A stretch of 32,000 bases of DNA from Xylanibacter ruminicola 23 (GTDB lineage: Bacteria > Bacteroidota > Bacteroidia > Bacteroidales > Bacteroidaceae). Location of the stretch: NCBI RefSeq assembly GCF_000025925.1, contig NC_014033.1:1710001-1742000 (forward strand), written 5' to 3'. Of this stretch, positions 17,538 to 26,387 are shown in pieces. The translations under genes and the position numbers were made by a program. The stretch's first letter is position 1. The number at the start of each line of letters is the position of its first letter. The notes below the pieces were generated by a model that saw nothing but the letters and a program-made list of their open reading frames with translations, had not been told where the DNA came from and did no database searches.

Positions 17538-18931
17538 TTACGCTTGATTTTCCAGCCAAGCCCTGCCACAAGGATACTCGTGATAGGCGACAGGATATTG
17601 AAGAAACAATAAGGCAGATAAGTGAGCGTAGCCACACCAAGCACGGTGCTCTGGGTAAGTCCGCAAGTGTTCCAAGGCACCAGTACCGAGGTTACCGTTG
17701 CACCATCTTCGCAACTGCGACTCAGCAAACGGGCCTCGTAGCCACCTTTCTTATATACATCCTTAAACATCGAACTGGCCAGCATAATCGACAGGTACTG
17801 ATCGGCCATCGCAATATTGCAGAACAGCGAGGTGCCAACCGTCGAAGCTACCAACGAAGCTGTACCACGCACCCAGCGCAGCACCACCTTCATCAGGTCG
17901 GCTAACTGTCCGGTTGCCGTCAGCGCGCCACCGAAAGTCTGTGCGCAAATAATCAGCCAGATAGTCGGCATCATGCCCCCCATACCACTGGTCTGCACCA
18001 GATCGTTCAGCATCGGCACACCCGTCTCAATATTCGTACTGCCGTAACATACCTGCATCATACCTTTGTAAGATGACAGGAAACCATCGTGACCCGAAAT
18101 CTGTCGGATCAGGTCGGGCTGTACCAACAAGCCTACCACGGCTGCCAACAGAATAGCCAGGAACAGTACCACCATCGATGGCCAACGGCGCGCAATCATC
18201 ACACCTGTCAGTACAGGTACTATCAACAACCAAGGCGAAATCACAAACGTATGCTGCAAGCCGTCCATAAACTCCTGCACATTGCCATGACCCGATACGT
18301 TCATCATCAGTCCTGCAATCAGGAAGATAGAAAGCGATACCAAGAACGAAGGCACCGTGGTATAAAGCATATAACGGATATGCGTAAACAACGGCGTACC
18401 CGATACACTCGAAGCCAACACAGTAGTATCGCTCAATGGCGACAACTTATCACCAAAATAAGCACCTGTGATGATAGAACCGGCAATCCAGCCATCATCA
18501 AAACCATGTGCCTTACCGATACCCATCAGCGCAACACCGATGGTAGCAACGGTAGTCCACGACGAACCGATCATCAAACTCACCAATGCACACAGCACAC
18601 TACTGCTCACCAAGAACACCTCGGGGCGGATAATCTGCATGCCGTAATAGATCATCGTAGGCACAATGCCCGATACCATCCAGGTTCCACCGATGGCACC
18701 GATCAACAAAAGGATAATGATAGCCGGTGTACAACTGGCTATCTTATCCGTTATCTCTTTTTCCAGATTCTCCCATTCCAGTCGTTTGGAGAAATGGCCT
18801 ATTAACACACTAACTGCCGATGCCGCCAACAACGACACCTGACTGGCACCATCTAAAGTTGCGTTGCCAAAAACGGCAACGCAACATGTAATGAGTACTA
18901 TCAGTACTATGAATGGGATAAATGAAATCAT
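17534..18931 (-). CDS. Na+/H+ antiporter NhaC family protein
   Basis: 465 aa, polytopic. The conserved NhaC block is present: LLLIGAIGGTWMVSGIVPTMIYYGMQIIRP...GSSWTTVATIGVALMGIG...GAYFGDKLSPLSDTT. Confidence 0.85.
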   Translation of the reverse strand: MISFIPFIVLIVLITCCVAVFGNATLDGASQVSLLAASAVSVLIGHFSKRLEWENLEKEITDKIASCTPAIIILLLIGAIGGTWMVSGIVPTMIYYGMQIIRPEVFLVSSSVLCALVSLMIGSSWTTVATIGVALMGIGKAHGFDDGWIAGSIITGAYFGDKLSPLSDTTVLASSVSGTPLFTHIRYMLYTTVPSFLVSLSIFLIAGLMMNVSGHGNVQEFMDGLQHTFVISPWLLIVPVLTGVMIARRWPSMVVLFLAILLAAVVGLLVQPDLIRQISGHDGFLSSYKGMMQVCYGSTNIETGVPMLNDLVQTSGMGGMMPTIWLIICAQTFGGALTATGQLADLMKVVLRWVRGTASLVASTVGTSLFCNIAMADQYLSIMLASSMFKDVYKKGGYEARLLSRSCEDGATVTSVLVPWNTCGLTQSTVLGVATLTYLPYCFFNILSPITSILVAGLGWKIKRK

Positions 18932-20464
18932 TTAGCAAACTTTTTCGAGACGCTTCATCATAGCGAACATGAATACTGCAGCTACCAAGCAAACGCCCAG
19001 GAACACACTCCAGCAGATCCAGAGGGGTACTGCACCCCACAGCAATCCACCTACTACAACAAGCTGATTACCGATGGCAGTAGCAACAAACCAGCCACCC
19101 ATCATCATACCCTTGTACTTTGGAGGTGCAACCTTTGATACAAATGAGATACCCATTGGGCTGAGCAGCAGCTCACCGAATGTCAGCACCAGATAAACCA
19201 TAATCAGCAGGTTTGGTGTAACATCAGCTACATGAACAGCAACAGGGTTACCATCAGCACCTACCTCGGTCTGAGGCATTGGCAGGCCGAATGATGAGAA
19301 GGCCATCAATGCATAAGCGATAGCGGCCACAATCATACCATAAGCAATCTTACGGGGAGCAGATGGTTCATTGCCCTTAGCTGCCAACGAACCGAAAATA
19401 GCCATCGATACTGGTGTGAGGGCTACTACATAGAAGGGATTGAACTGCTGGAAGATAGGAGCAGAAACAGTTACTGTACCCTCAGCATCATACTGAATAA
19501 ACAGGAAAGCCAGTGCCAACACAATCACACCCAGTGAGATAGCCTTTGCTTTTGGAGTCTTCGACTGGAACAGTGAGAACGAAGCATACACAATGAATAC
19601 GATGGCTACCAGGTTCCATACGTCGAAACACATGGCCTGCAGGCCCTGAGCACTCTGAGCAGTAAACTCATCGGCAAAGTATGTGAGCGACAAACCGTTC
19701 TGGTGGAAGGCCATCCAGAAGAAAATTACCACAGCAAATACCAGGCACAGAGCCACAATACGCTGCTTGGTTTCCTCCTTGGTGAGCTCAGGCTCGGTGC
19801 TTGCAGCATCAGCCTTAGCAGCCTTCTTGGTTCCACCCTCAGTATGACGGAAGGTTGAACGGAACATGTAATAGATGGCTATCGAGAGTACCAGCGATGC
19901 GCATGCCACTGCAAACGAGAAGTGGTAAGCATCGTTAGATGAATAACCAAGCGCGGTCTCGGCATACTCCTTGATACGGATAGCAGCAGTAGGTGCAAAC
20001 AGGGCACCGATGTTGATAGCCATGTAGAAGATAGAGAAACCGGCATCGCGCTTATCCTTATACTGCGGATCGTTATACAAGTCACCCACCATTACCTGCA
20101 GGTTACCCTTGAACAAACCGGTACCAAAACCAATCAGCAACAGGGCAGCCAGCATCACTACCAGCGCTACGGTATCGCCACCAAGGGGCACCGACAGCAA
20201 CAGATAGCCGGCAAACATAATGATGATACCTGTGGTAACCATCTTTCCGAAACCGAACTTATCAGCCAGGATACCACCAATCAGGGGCAGGAAGTAAACC
20301 AGCATAAGGAACGAACTGTAGATTGTGCCTGCCATAGCTGGCGACAATCCGTAATTAGCTCTCAAGAAAAGAGCAAACACGGCAAGCATGGTATAATAAC
20401 CGAAGCGCTCGCCTGTGTTGGCCAGGGCCAACGCAAATAAACCTTTGGGTTGATTTTCGAACAT
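18932..20464 (-). CDS. proton-dependent oligopeptide transporter (POT/PTR2 family, DtpT-like)
   Basis: 510 aa. PTR2 signatures are present: GERFGYYTM near the N-terminus, LIGGILADKFGFGKMV, and FYMAINIGALFAP. Its stop codon directly abuts the next start (TAA ATG). Confidence 0.88.
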   Translation of the reverse strand: MFENQPKGLFALALANTGERFGYYTMLAVFALFLRANYGLSPAMAGTIYSSFLMLVYFLPLIGGILADKFGFGKMVTTGIIIMFAGYLLLSVPLGGDTVALVVMLAALLLIGFGTGLFKGNLQVMVGDLYNDPQYKDKRDAGFSIFYMAINIGALFAPTAAIRIKEYAETALGYSSNDAYHFSFAVACASLVLSIAIYYMFRSTFRHTEGGTKKAAKADAASTEPELTKEETKQRIVALCLVFAVVIFFWMAFHQNGLSLTYFADEFTAQSAQGLQAMCFDVWNLVAIVFIVYASFSLFQSKTPKAKAISLGVIVLALAFLFIQYDAEGTVTVSAPIFQQFNPFYVVALTPVSMAIFGSLAAKGNEPSAPRKIAYGMIVAAIAYALMAFSSFGLPMPQTEVGADGNPVAVHVADVTPNLLIMVYLVLTFGELLLSPMGISFVSKVAPPKYKGMMMGGWFVATAIGNQLVVVGGLLWGAVPLWICWSVFLGVCLVAAVFMFAMMKRLEKVC

Positions 20465-20474
20465 AATTAATTAT

Positions 20475-21299
20475 TTATTTGATTTTAGAATTCTTTGTTC
20501 TGATGATGTCAAACAGATAAGTACACTTAATCACGATGTTACCGAAGTTAGATCGCGAAAAATAGTCGCGTTTTGTGTTGCCATATATGTTACCTAATCC
20601 GTAGTAGTAGCGGCCTTCTATCATGAAATGTCCAAAGTGGCGATTGCTGAACTCAAGTCCTGCACCTACAGCAATACCATAATCAAACTTATTCTCGATG
20701 GCCATGGTATCCTGTGCCACCACATGCGATGCACGCAGGTCACCATACACGTAGTCGGGACCGAATTTTCCATCTTTGATAGCTGGGTTAAAGGCAGGAT
20801 CGTGCACATCAAAGTTGCTCTCCACCTTATCGTTCAGATAGAATCCAATCTGAGGCCCCAGATGGATAAAGGCCTGCACGCCATTGCGCTCACGCCCCCA
20901 TCCCAGTCGGGCCAGCAGTGGTATCTGCACGTAGGTCATCTTACGTTTATACTCCAGATTCTGCGTAGGATCGGTATGCAGGGGCACGGGCTGATCGTTC
21001 ATATCCCATATCTTTTCCTGCCAACCTATCTGCGCAAAGTTCAGCTCAGCCGTTACGGCACAGATACTGCTGAAATATTTCTCACATGTGTAACGGGCCG
21101 TGATACCACCGGTAATGCCACCTAACATCGACTGTGGTACCTTCGACACAAACGACACATTACTCATCACATAACCGCCGTTCACACCAACAGCCAAGTC
21201 GTTACGATAGTCGCCTACCTGAGCAACAGCCGCTGCAATGAAAAAATGGAAAAATGAAAAAATTACAAATATACGCTTTATCATCCTTACATCCCTCAT
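20475..21299 (-). CDS. outer-membrane beta-barrel (porin-family, OMP_b-brl_2-like) protein
   Basis: 274 aa. It has a signal peptide (an alternative start MIKRIF at 21284 is possible) and alternating aromatic/Gly beta-strand patterning (YGIAVGAGLEF, FMIEGRYYYGLGNIY). Confidence 0.65.
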   Translation of the reverse strand: MRDVRMIKRIFVIFSFFHFFIAAAVAQVGDYRNDLAVGVNGGYVMSNVSFVSKVPQSMLGGITGGITARYTCEKYFSSICAVTAELNFAQIGWQEKIWDMNDQPVPLHTDPTQNLEYKRKMTYVQIPLLARLGWGRERNGVQAFIHLGPQIGFYLNDKVESNFDVHDPAFNPAIKDGKFGPDYVYGDLRASHVVAQDTMAIENKFDYGIAVGAGLEFSNRHFGHFMIEGRYYYGLGNIYGNTKRDYFSRSNFGNIVIKCTYLFDIIRTKNSKIK

Positions 21300-21302
21300 T
21301 CT

Positions 21303-22655
21303 TTAGAACTTAATCGTTTCCACGCGGCTATCGCGAGTGTAGTGAACAAACAATTGTGTATGGTTACGCAATCCGCCATTGCCATAACGCTCAAACTGCA
21401 ACGGTGTCTGCACATAGTCGGGATTACTCTCTGCGCCCAAGAACTTACGTCCCTCGCGGTGCAAGCCCATCAGGAAGAAGTAGGCATGGTCGAAACCGGT
21501 AAGTGCAAAACGTGGCAGATTATTCTGCATATCGGTATGGAAATTCCAACGGAACTTCTGCTGCAGACGCTTGGTTGATGCCGACAGCGGATTATAGTAG
21601 AACACCGACGGAATATAGGTATTAAACTTGTAGAAGTTCTCCAAATGTGTACGGGTGTACATCAACCACTCGGTATAACCGAACATCGTAATAGCCAGAT
21701 CAGGATCGGTAACCTTCAAGCCGTTCAGTTTAGAGAAAGCAACACCCAGCTCAGGCGAACGACCGGTATTCAGTATTACCACATTAGGCTTGGTACGACT
21801 GAATGCCTTTGAGAAATCGCTCTCGCCTGATTTCAGGTTGGTAATGTTACATGTCATCTTCTGCTGCTCCAACTGGCGGCGCAGGGCTGTGGTAAACTCA
21901 CCCTTATTACTGGTAGAGTCGTTACAGTCGATAATCACCGTATGGTAGTTCTTGAATCCCTTCACAAAATGCTCGATAGTGGCCGAGTTCTGGGTAATAT
22001 GACTCTGGTACACCTGATAGATGTACTTATTATCGGCCAACTGGGGCGCATTGATAGAGAATGGAATCAGCAGTTTAATCTTATGTTTCTCGACGAAAGC
22101 CGACAGGGCAGCCATCTGCTTAGAGTAGAGCGGACCGATAATCAGGTCGCACTTGGCAGCAGCCTCATCGTTCAGAATCTCGTTGATATTGCCGTCCTCA
22201 GCTGCATTCCAGGCATGGATATCAACCGAAACGCCACGCTGCTTCAAGCTGTCGCAAGCCATCAGCACACCACGGTAGTACTCTACCATGCGCTTGCCAT
22301 CGCCATTCACATTGTGCAGTGGCAGCATCACACCCAGTCGGATGGCACGCTTACGAACATCATCGGTAGCATCCATATCGGGTTCTTTGGCCACGGGGTC
22401 AGCTACCTGCAGGGTAGCAAACGGAATCTTCAGCACGTCGCCTTTCTTCAGTTCGTAGCCAGGCTCGTTCATCTCGGGGTTAGCCTTCATCAGCTGTTCG
22501 ATGGTGAGATCATACATACGCGATATGCCGAAGATGGTTTCCTTCTTCTTTACTTTATGCAATCCGCGTATCTGTTCACCCTCTTGAGCCGAGGCCACAC
22601 CAACTGTCAGACAGAGGGCAGCTAAGAACAAAAAATATCTTAAAACTCGCGTCAT
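21303..22655 (-). CDS. LysM domain plus type-1 periplasmic-binding-fold protein
   Basis: 450 aa. It has a signal peptide and a LysM motif (HKVKKKETIFGISRMYDLTIEQLMKANPEM...LKKGDVLKIP). The remainder is PBP1/ANF-receptor-like (IRLGVMLPLH...IIGPLYS...). Confidence 0.75.
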   Translation of the reverse strand: MTRVLRYFLFLAALCLTVGVASAQEGEQIRGLHKVKKKETIFGISRMYDLTIEQLMKANPEMNEPGYELKKGDVLKIPFATLQVADPVAKEPDMDATDDVRKRAIRLGVMLPLHNVNGDGKRMVEYYRGVLMACDSLKQRGVSVDIHAWNAAEDGNINEILNDEAAAKCDLIIGPLYSKQMAALSAFVEKHKIKLLIPFSINAPQLADNKYIYQVYQSHITQNSATIEHFVKGFKNYHTVIIDCNDSTSNKGEFTTALRRQLEQQKMTCNITNLKSGESDFSKAFSRTKPNVVILNTGRSPELGVAFSKLNGLKVTDPDLAITMFGYTEWLMYTRTHLENFYKFNTYIPSVFYYNPLSASTKRLQQKFRWNFHTDMQNNLPRFALTGFDHAYFFLMGLHREGRKFLGAESNPDYVQTPLQFERYGNGGLRNHTQLFVHYTRDSRVETIKF

Positions 22656-22682
22656 ATTTTCAAAATTTAGTCATTTCGCGTA

Positions 22683-22690
22683 CAAAAGTA
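22683..22690 (-). promoter_or_regulatory. -7 promoter box (TACTTTTG on the minus strand) for the LysM-to-EEP five-gene unit
   Basis: The rc of caaaagta (22683-22690) is TACTTTTG. It lies 27 nt upstream of the ATG at 22655. I saw no TAnnTTTG box in any of the downstream gene junctions, which are too short to hold one (3, 10, 0 and -4 nt). Confidence 0.45.
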
Positions 22691-22764
22691 CTAAATAATT
22701 ATCAAATATCCGCTCGGTTTTACCGCTTTTTTTAAAAAAGAATTGCCAATTATCATTTTTTTAG

Positions 22765-22772
22765 TATCTTTG
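22765..22772 (+). promoter_or_regulatory. -7 promoter box TATCTTTG for the CTD-only gene and uvrA
   Basis: TATCTTTG at 22765-22772, 19 nt upstream of the ATG at 22792. uvrA overlaps that gene and has no box of its own. Confidence 0.45.
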
Positions 22773-22791
22773 CACTTTAAATGAGTAAAAA

Positions 22792-23196
22792 ATGATATTT
22801 CGACAGATATTTCCTACCGTTTTAGCCTTGTTTGCATCGCTTTCGGTCAGCGCACAGACCGATTCGGCTGCCATCGACTCGACTACCAATACAGGCGTCG
22901 AAAGCAAGCTCATTATGCCCAATACCTTTACACCCAACGGCGATGGGCATAACGATATTTACAAGGCCAAGGAGTACCGCAACTTATCCGAGTTTCGCGC
23001 GTACATATTTAATAGGTGGGGACAGAAACTCTACGAGTGGACCGATCCTGCCGAAGGATGGGATGGCAAATATCATGGAAACGATGTGAAACCTGGTGTT
23101 TACTTTGTGCTGGTAAAAGCCCGTGGCACCGACGATGTGATATACAACATACGCAAAGACGTAAACTTACTAAGAGGAGATGAACAGAGAAGATGA
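22792..23196 (+). CDS. T9SS type-B sorting domain (gliding-motility-associated C-terminal domain) protein with no passenger domain (134 aa)
   Basis: A signal peptide [22 protein letters not shown] is followed by a ~20 aa linker. Then comes [15 protein letters not shown]...[11 protein letters not shown]...[22 protein letters not shown]...VNLLR, which matches the TIGR04131/CHU_C pattern (FTPNGDG.ND.F...I.NRWG..V......GWDG......L..G.Y.Y). Confidence 0.8.
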   Translation: MIFRQIFPTVLALFASLSVSAQTDSAAIDSTTNTGVESKLIMPNTFTPNGDGHNDIYKAKEYRNLSEFRAYIFNRWGQKLYEWTDPAEGWDGKYHGNDVKPGVYFVLVKARGTDDVIYNIRKDVNLLRGDEQRR

Positions 23197-26020
23197 AAAG
23201 ATAAATGTGTACGGCGCACGCGTACACAACCTTAAGAATATTGATGTAGAGATTCCCCGCAACTCGCTCACGGTGATTACGGGATTGAGTGGCAGCGGCA
23301 AATCGTCGTTAGCCTTCGACACCATCTTTGCCGAAGGCCAGCGCCGCTATATCGAAACATTCTCGGCCTACGCCCGCAACTTTCTGGGTGGTATGGAGCG
23401 CCCCGATGTAGATAAGATTACCGGCCTGTCGCCAGTTATCAGCATCGAGCAGAAAACCACCAACAAGAACCCACGTTCAACAGTTGGTACTACCACCGAG
23501 ATTTACGACTATCTGCGTCTGCTCTTTGCCCGAGCCGGTCGTGCCTATAGCTTTGCTACAGGCGAGGAGATGGTACGCTACACCGAAGAGCGTGTGCTGG
23601 ATATGATTACGCACGACTATGCCGGTCATAAAATCTACATCCTGGCACCACTCGTTCGCAGTCGTAAAGGTCATTACCGCGAACTGTTCGAGAGTATGCG
23701 CCGCAAAGGCTATCTGCATATCCGTGTAGATGGTCAGATGCTCGACATTGTACAGGGCATGAAAGTGGATCGCTACAAGAATCACGATATCGAGGTAGTG
23801 ATTGACAAGCTCAAAGTACCCGAAACGCCCGATGTGGAGCGCTTGCAGAAGACAGTCACCCTCGCCATGAAACAGGGCGACGGACTGATTATGATTCTTG
23901 ATCAGGACACAGGCTCTGTCAAGCATTTCTCAAAACGTCTGATGTGCCCCACCACAGGTATCAGCTACAGCGATCCGGCACCTAACAACTTCTCGTTCAA
24001 CTCGCCCCAAGGTGCCTGTCCGCACTGTAAGGGATTAGGCGTCATCAACGAGATCGACCTCGACAAGGTGATTCCCAATAAGCAGGCTACCATCCGCGAG
24101 GGCGGCATCGTGCCTCTTGGCAAATACAAAAACCAGATGATATTCTGGCAGGTAGAGGCTATCCTGAAGAAGTTCGAGTGTGATTTAAATACCCCTATCG
24201 CCGACATCCCCGACGATGCGATGACCGAACTACTCTATGGTTCGCTAGAGGATGTACGTATCGATAAGGATCTGGTACGCACATCGAGCGACTATTTTGT
24301 ATCGTTCGATGGTATCATTAAATACCTGCGTGGTGTGATGGAGAACGACGACTCGTCGGCTGGACAGAAATGGGCCGACCAATTCCTGGCCGAAATCACC
24401 TGTCCTGAATGTCATGGTCAGCGACTGAATCGCGAGGCCCTCTCCTACACATTCGGTGGTCGCAATATCGCCGATTTGGCCAATATGGATCTGATTGATT
24501 TGCGTAAGTGGATCGACGAACTGGAAATAGGCAATAACTTATCGAAACAGGAATATACCATCGCCAAGGAGATTCTGAAGGAGATCAAAACCCGTTTGGA
24601 TTTCCTGCTCGATGTAGGTCTCGACTATCTGTCGCTCAACCGCCAGTCGGCAACCCTGTCGGGTGGTGAGAGTCAGCGCATCCGACTGGCTACTCAGATT
24701 GGTTCGCAACTCGTTAATGTGCTCTACATTCTCGACGAGCCATCAATCGGATTGCACCAGCGCGACAACGAGCGACTCATCAACTCGCTCAAGGAACTAC
24801 GCGATATCGGTAACACTGTGATTGTAGTAGAGCACGACGAGGATATGATGCGCAGTGCCGATTACATCGTGGATATTGGTCCCCGTGCCGGGCGTAAAGG
24901 TGGCGAGGTGGTATTCCAAGGCACTCCAAGCGAGCTGTTAAAAACCAATACCCTCACAGCGCAATACCTCAACAAATCGCTCACCACTCACGTTGCACCG
25001 CTCACCCCGAGAAAGGGTTCTGGGCAGAGTCTGGTACTGCGCGGTTGTACAGGTAATAACCTCAAGCATATCGATGCCGAATTCCCATTGGGTAAGCTCA
25101 TCGTCGTTACCGGTGTGAGCGGCTCGGGTAAGAGTACCCTCATCAACGAGACGTTGCAACCCATCCTATCGCACCATTTCTATCGCTCGCTCAAACGCCC
25201 CATGCCCTACGAGAGCATCGAGGGTCTCGACCTGATAGATAAGGTGGTGAGTGTGGATCAGAGTCCTATCGGTCGTACACCACGCTCAAACCCAGCTACT
25301 TATACAGGCGTATTCTCCGATATCCGCTCACTGTTTGTAAACCTGCCTGAGGCTAAGATTCGTGGTTACAAACCTGGCCGATTCTCGTTCAATGTCAAGG
25401 GTGGTCGTTGCGAAACCTGCGGTGGTAATGGATATAAGACCATCGAGATGAATTTCCTGCCCGACATCCAGGTGCCTTGCGAGGATTGTCATGGCAAACG
25501 TTATAACCGCGAAACCCTCGAGGTGCGCTACAAAGGTAAGTCGATTGCCGATGTGCTCGATATGACCATCAACCAGGCTGTGGAGTTCTTCGAGAACGTG
25601 CCAGACATCCTGCGAAAAATCAAGAGCATTCAGGATGTAGGTTTGGGTTATATCAAGTTAGGTCAGCCCTCTACCACCCTCTCTGGTGGTGAGAGTCAGC
25701 GCATCAAACTGGCCACCGAACTCTCCAAACGCGATACAGGCAAAACCATGTATATTCTCGACGAGCCTACAACCGGTCTGCATTTCGAGGATATCCGTAT
25801 TCTGATGCAGGTTCTGCAGCAGCTGGTTGATCGTGGTAACACAGTGATTATCATTGAGCACAACCTTGATGTAATCCGCCAGGCCGACTGGATTATCGAT
25901 ATCGGTCCCGAAGGCGGTCGCGGCGGTGGCGAAATTCTCTGTGCCGGTACTCCCCAGCAAGTAGCAAAAAGTAAGCGAGGCTACACACCTAGCTTTATCA
26001 AGGAGATATTAGACAAATAA
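23180..26020 (+). CDS. uvrA: excinuclease ABC subunit A
   Basis: 946 aa. Two ABC modules are present ([28 protein letters not shown]; [24 protein letters not shown]), together with zinc-finger Cys clusters (CPHCKG, CPECHG, CETCGG..CEDCHG). Confidence 0.97.
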   Translation: MNREDEKINVYGARVHNLKNIDVEIPRNSLTVITGLSGSGKSSLAFDTIFAEGQRRYIETFSAYARNFLGGMERPDVDKITGLSPVISIEQKTTNKNPRSTVGTTTEIYDYLRLLFARAGRAYSFATGEEMVRYTEERVLDMITHDYAGHKIYILAPLVRSRKGHYRELFESMRRKGYLHIRVDGQMLDIVQGMKVDRYKNHDIEVVIDKLKVPETPDVERLQKTVTLAMKQGDGLIMILDQDTGSVKHFSKRLMCPTTGISYSDPAPNNFSFNSPQGACPHCKGLGVINEIDLDKVIPNKQATIREGGIVPLGKYKNQMIFWQVEAILKKFECDLNTPIADIPDDAMTELLYGSLEDVRIDKDLVRTSSDYFVSFDGIIKYLRGVMENDDSSAGQKWADQFLAEITCPECHGQRLNREALSYTFGGRNIADLANMDLIDLRKWIDELEIGNNLSKQEYTIAKEILKEIKTRLDFLLDVGLDYLSLNRQSATLSGGESQRIRLATQIGSQLVNVLYILDEPSIGLHQRDNERLINSLKELRDIGNTVIVVEHDEDMMRSADYIVDIGPRAGRKGGEVVFQGTPSELLKTNTLTAQYLNKSLTTHVAPLTPRKGSGQSLVLRGCTGNNLKHIDAEFPLGKLIVVTGVSGSGKSTLINETLQPILSHHFYRSLKRPMPYESIEGLDLIDKVVSVDQSPIGRTPRSNPATYTGVFSDIRSLFVNLPEAKIRGYKPGRFSFNVKGGRCETCGGNGYKTIEMNFLPDIQVPCEDCHGKRYNRETLEVRYKGKSIADVLDMTINQAVEFFENVPDILRKIKSIQDVGLGYIKLGQPSTTLSGGESQRIKLATELSKRDTGKTMYILDEPTTGLHFEDIRILMQVLQQLVDRGNTVIIIEHNLDVIRQADWIIDIGPEGGRGGGEILCAGTPQQVAKSKRGYTPSFIKEILDK

Positions 26021-26050
26021 GAATTGAAAAGCGGAAGGCAACTTCACCTC

Positions 26051-26107
26051 TACCCTAACACTAACCTTGTTCTACTATCAGGGTAAAGCATGGTTAGTAT
26101 TAGGGTA
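26051..26107. repeat. 16-bp imperfect inverted repeat (TACCCTAACACTAACC / GGTTAGTATTAGGGTA) with a 25-nt spacer
   Basis: Read directly: arms at 26051-26066 and 26092-26107 with one mismatch. AGGGTAAA also recurs at 26080-26087 and 26101-26108. It lies between the uvrA stop and its terminator. Confidence 0.5.
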
Positions 26108-26112
26108 AATTT

Positions 26113-26144
26113 GTAAGCAAATAGCAACTTTTGCTTACTTTTTT
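26113..26144 (+). terminator. rho-independent terminator of uvrA
   Basis: GTAAGCAAA (26113-26121), an 8-nt loop, TTTGCTTAC (26130-26138), then T6 (26139-26144). Confidence 0.75.
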
Positions 26145-26164
26145 ATTAAAAAGTTGGTAAAATG

Positions 26165-26196
26165 TTTGGCGGTTTGAAATTAAATATATACTTTTG
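26165..26196 (+). promoter_or_regulatory. trp operon promoter: -33 TTTG (26165-26168), 20 nt spacer, -7 TACTTTTG (26189-26196)
   Basis: A full match to TTTG-N19-21-TAnnTTTG, located 31 nt upstream of the leader-peptide ATG. Confidence 0.6.
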
Positions 26197-26227
26197 CAGC
26201 CGAAATGTTATAAAGACAACATAGAAT

Positions 26228-26293
26228 ATGAACAGAATTCAGAACAACTATTGGTGGTGGCAGAGCTCGAGATTAAATAGTCGCGAGGTTTAA
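26228..26293 (+). CDS. trp leader peptide, 21 aa, MNRIQNNYWWWQSSRLNSREV, with three consecutive Trp codons
   Basis: Hand translation: ATG at 26228, TGG TGG TGG at 26252-26260, TAA at 26291-26293. It is too short for the ORF track. It sits between the promoter and a terminator directly upstream of trpB. Confidence 0.7.
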   Translation: MNRIQNNYWWWQSSRLNSREV

Positions 26294-26323
26294 TGCCGTA
26301 TACCTATAGATATAGTATAAAAA

Positions 26324-26353
26324 GGCTCGTCGCGACAGCGACGGGCCTTTTTT
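26324..26353 (+). terminator. attenuator terminator (segments 3:4) of the trp leader
   Basis: GGCTCGTCGC (26324-26333), loop GACA, GCGACGGGCC (26338-26347), giving 10 bp with one G.U pair, then T6 (26348-26353). The alternative pairing of 26280-26286 (GTCGCGA) with 26330-36 (TCGCGAC) would disrupt it. Confidence 0.75.
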
Positions 26354-26355
26354 AA

Positions 26356-26376
26356 TTAAACATTGAAAATTGAAAA
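26356..26376 (+). repeat. heptad array TTAAACA-TTGAAAA-TTGAAAA upstream of trpB (contains AACATTGAAAATT, a 12/13 match to the trp box)
   Basis: Read directly. It lies between the attenuator T-tract and the trpB ATG (26388). Confidence 0.6.
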
Positions 26377-26387
26377 TATAAATAGAT

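Noticed and set aside
18089-18805. 238-aa plus-strand ORF inside the NhaC-family gene.
   Set aside because: It is a shadow ORF. The H/Q/R/T-rich nonsense composition mirrors the hydrophobic codons of the real membrane protein on the opposite strand.
21942-22625. 227-aa plus-strand ORF inside the LysM-PBP gene. The same applies to 20628-21125 inside the OM barrel gene.
   Set aside because: Both are antisense to genes with a clear signal peptide and domain signatures. Neither has independent support.
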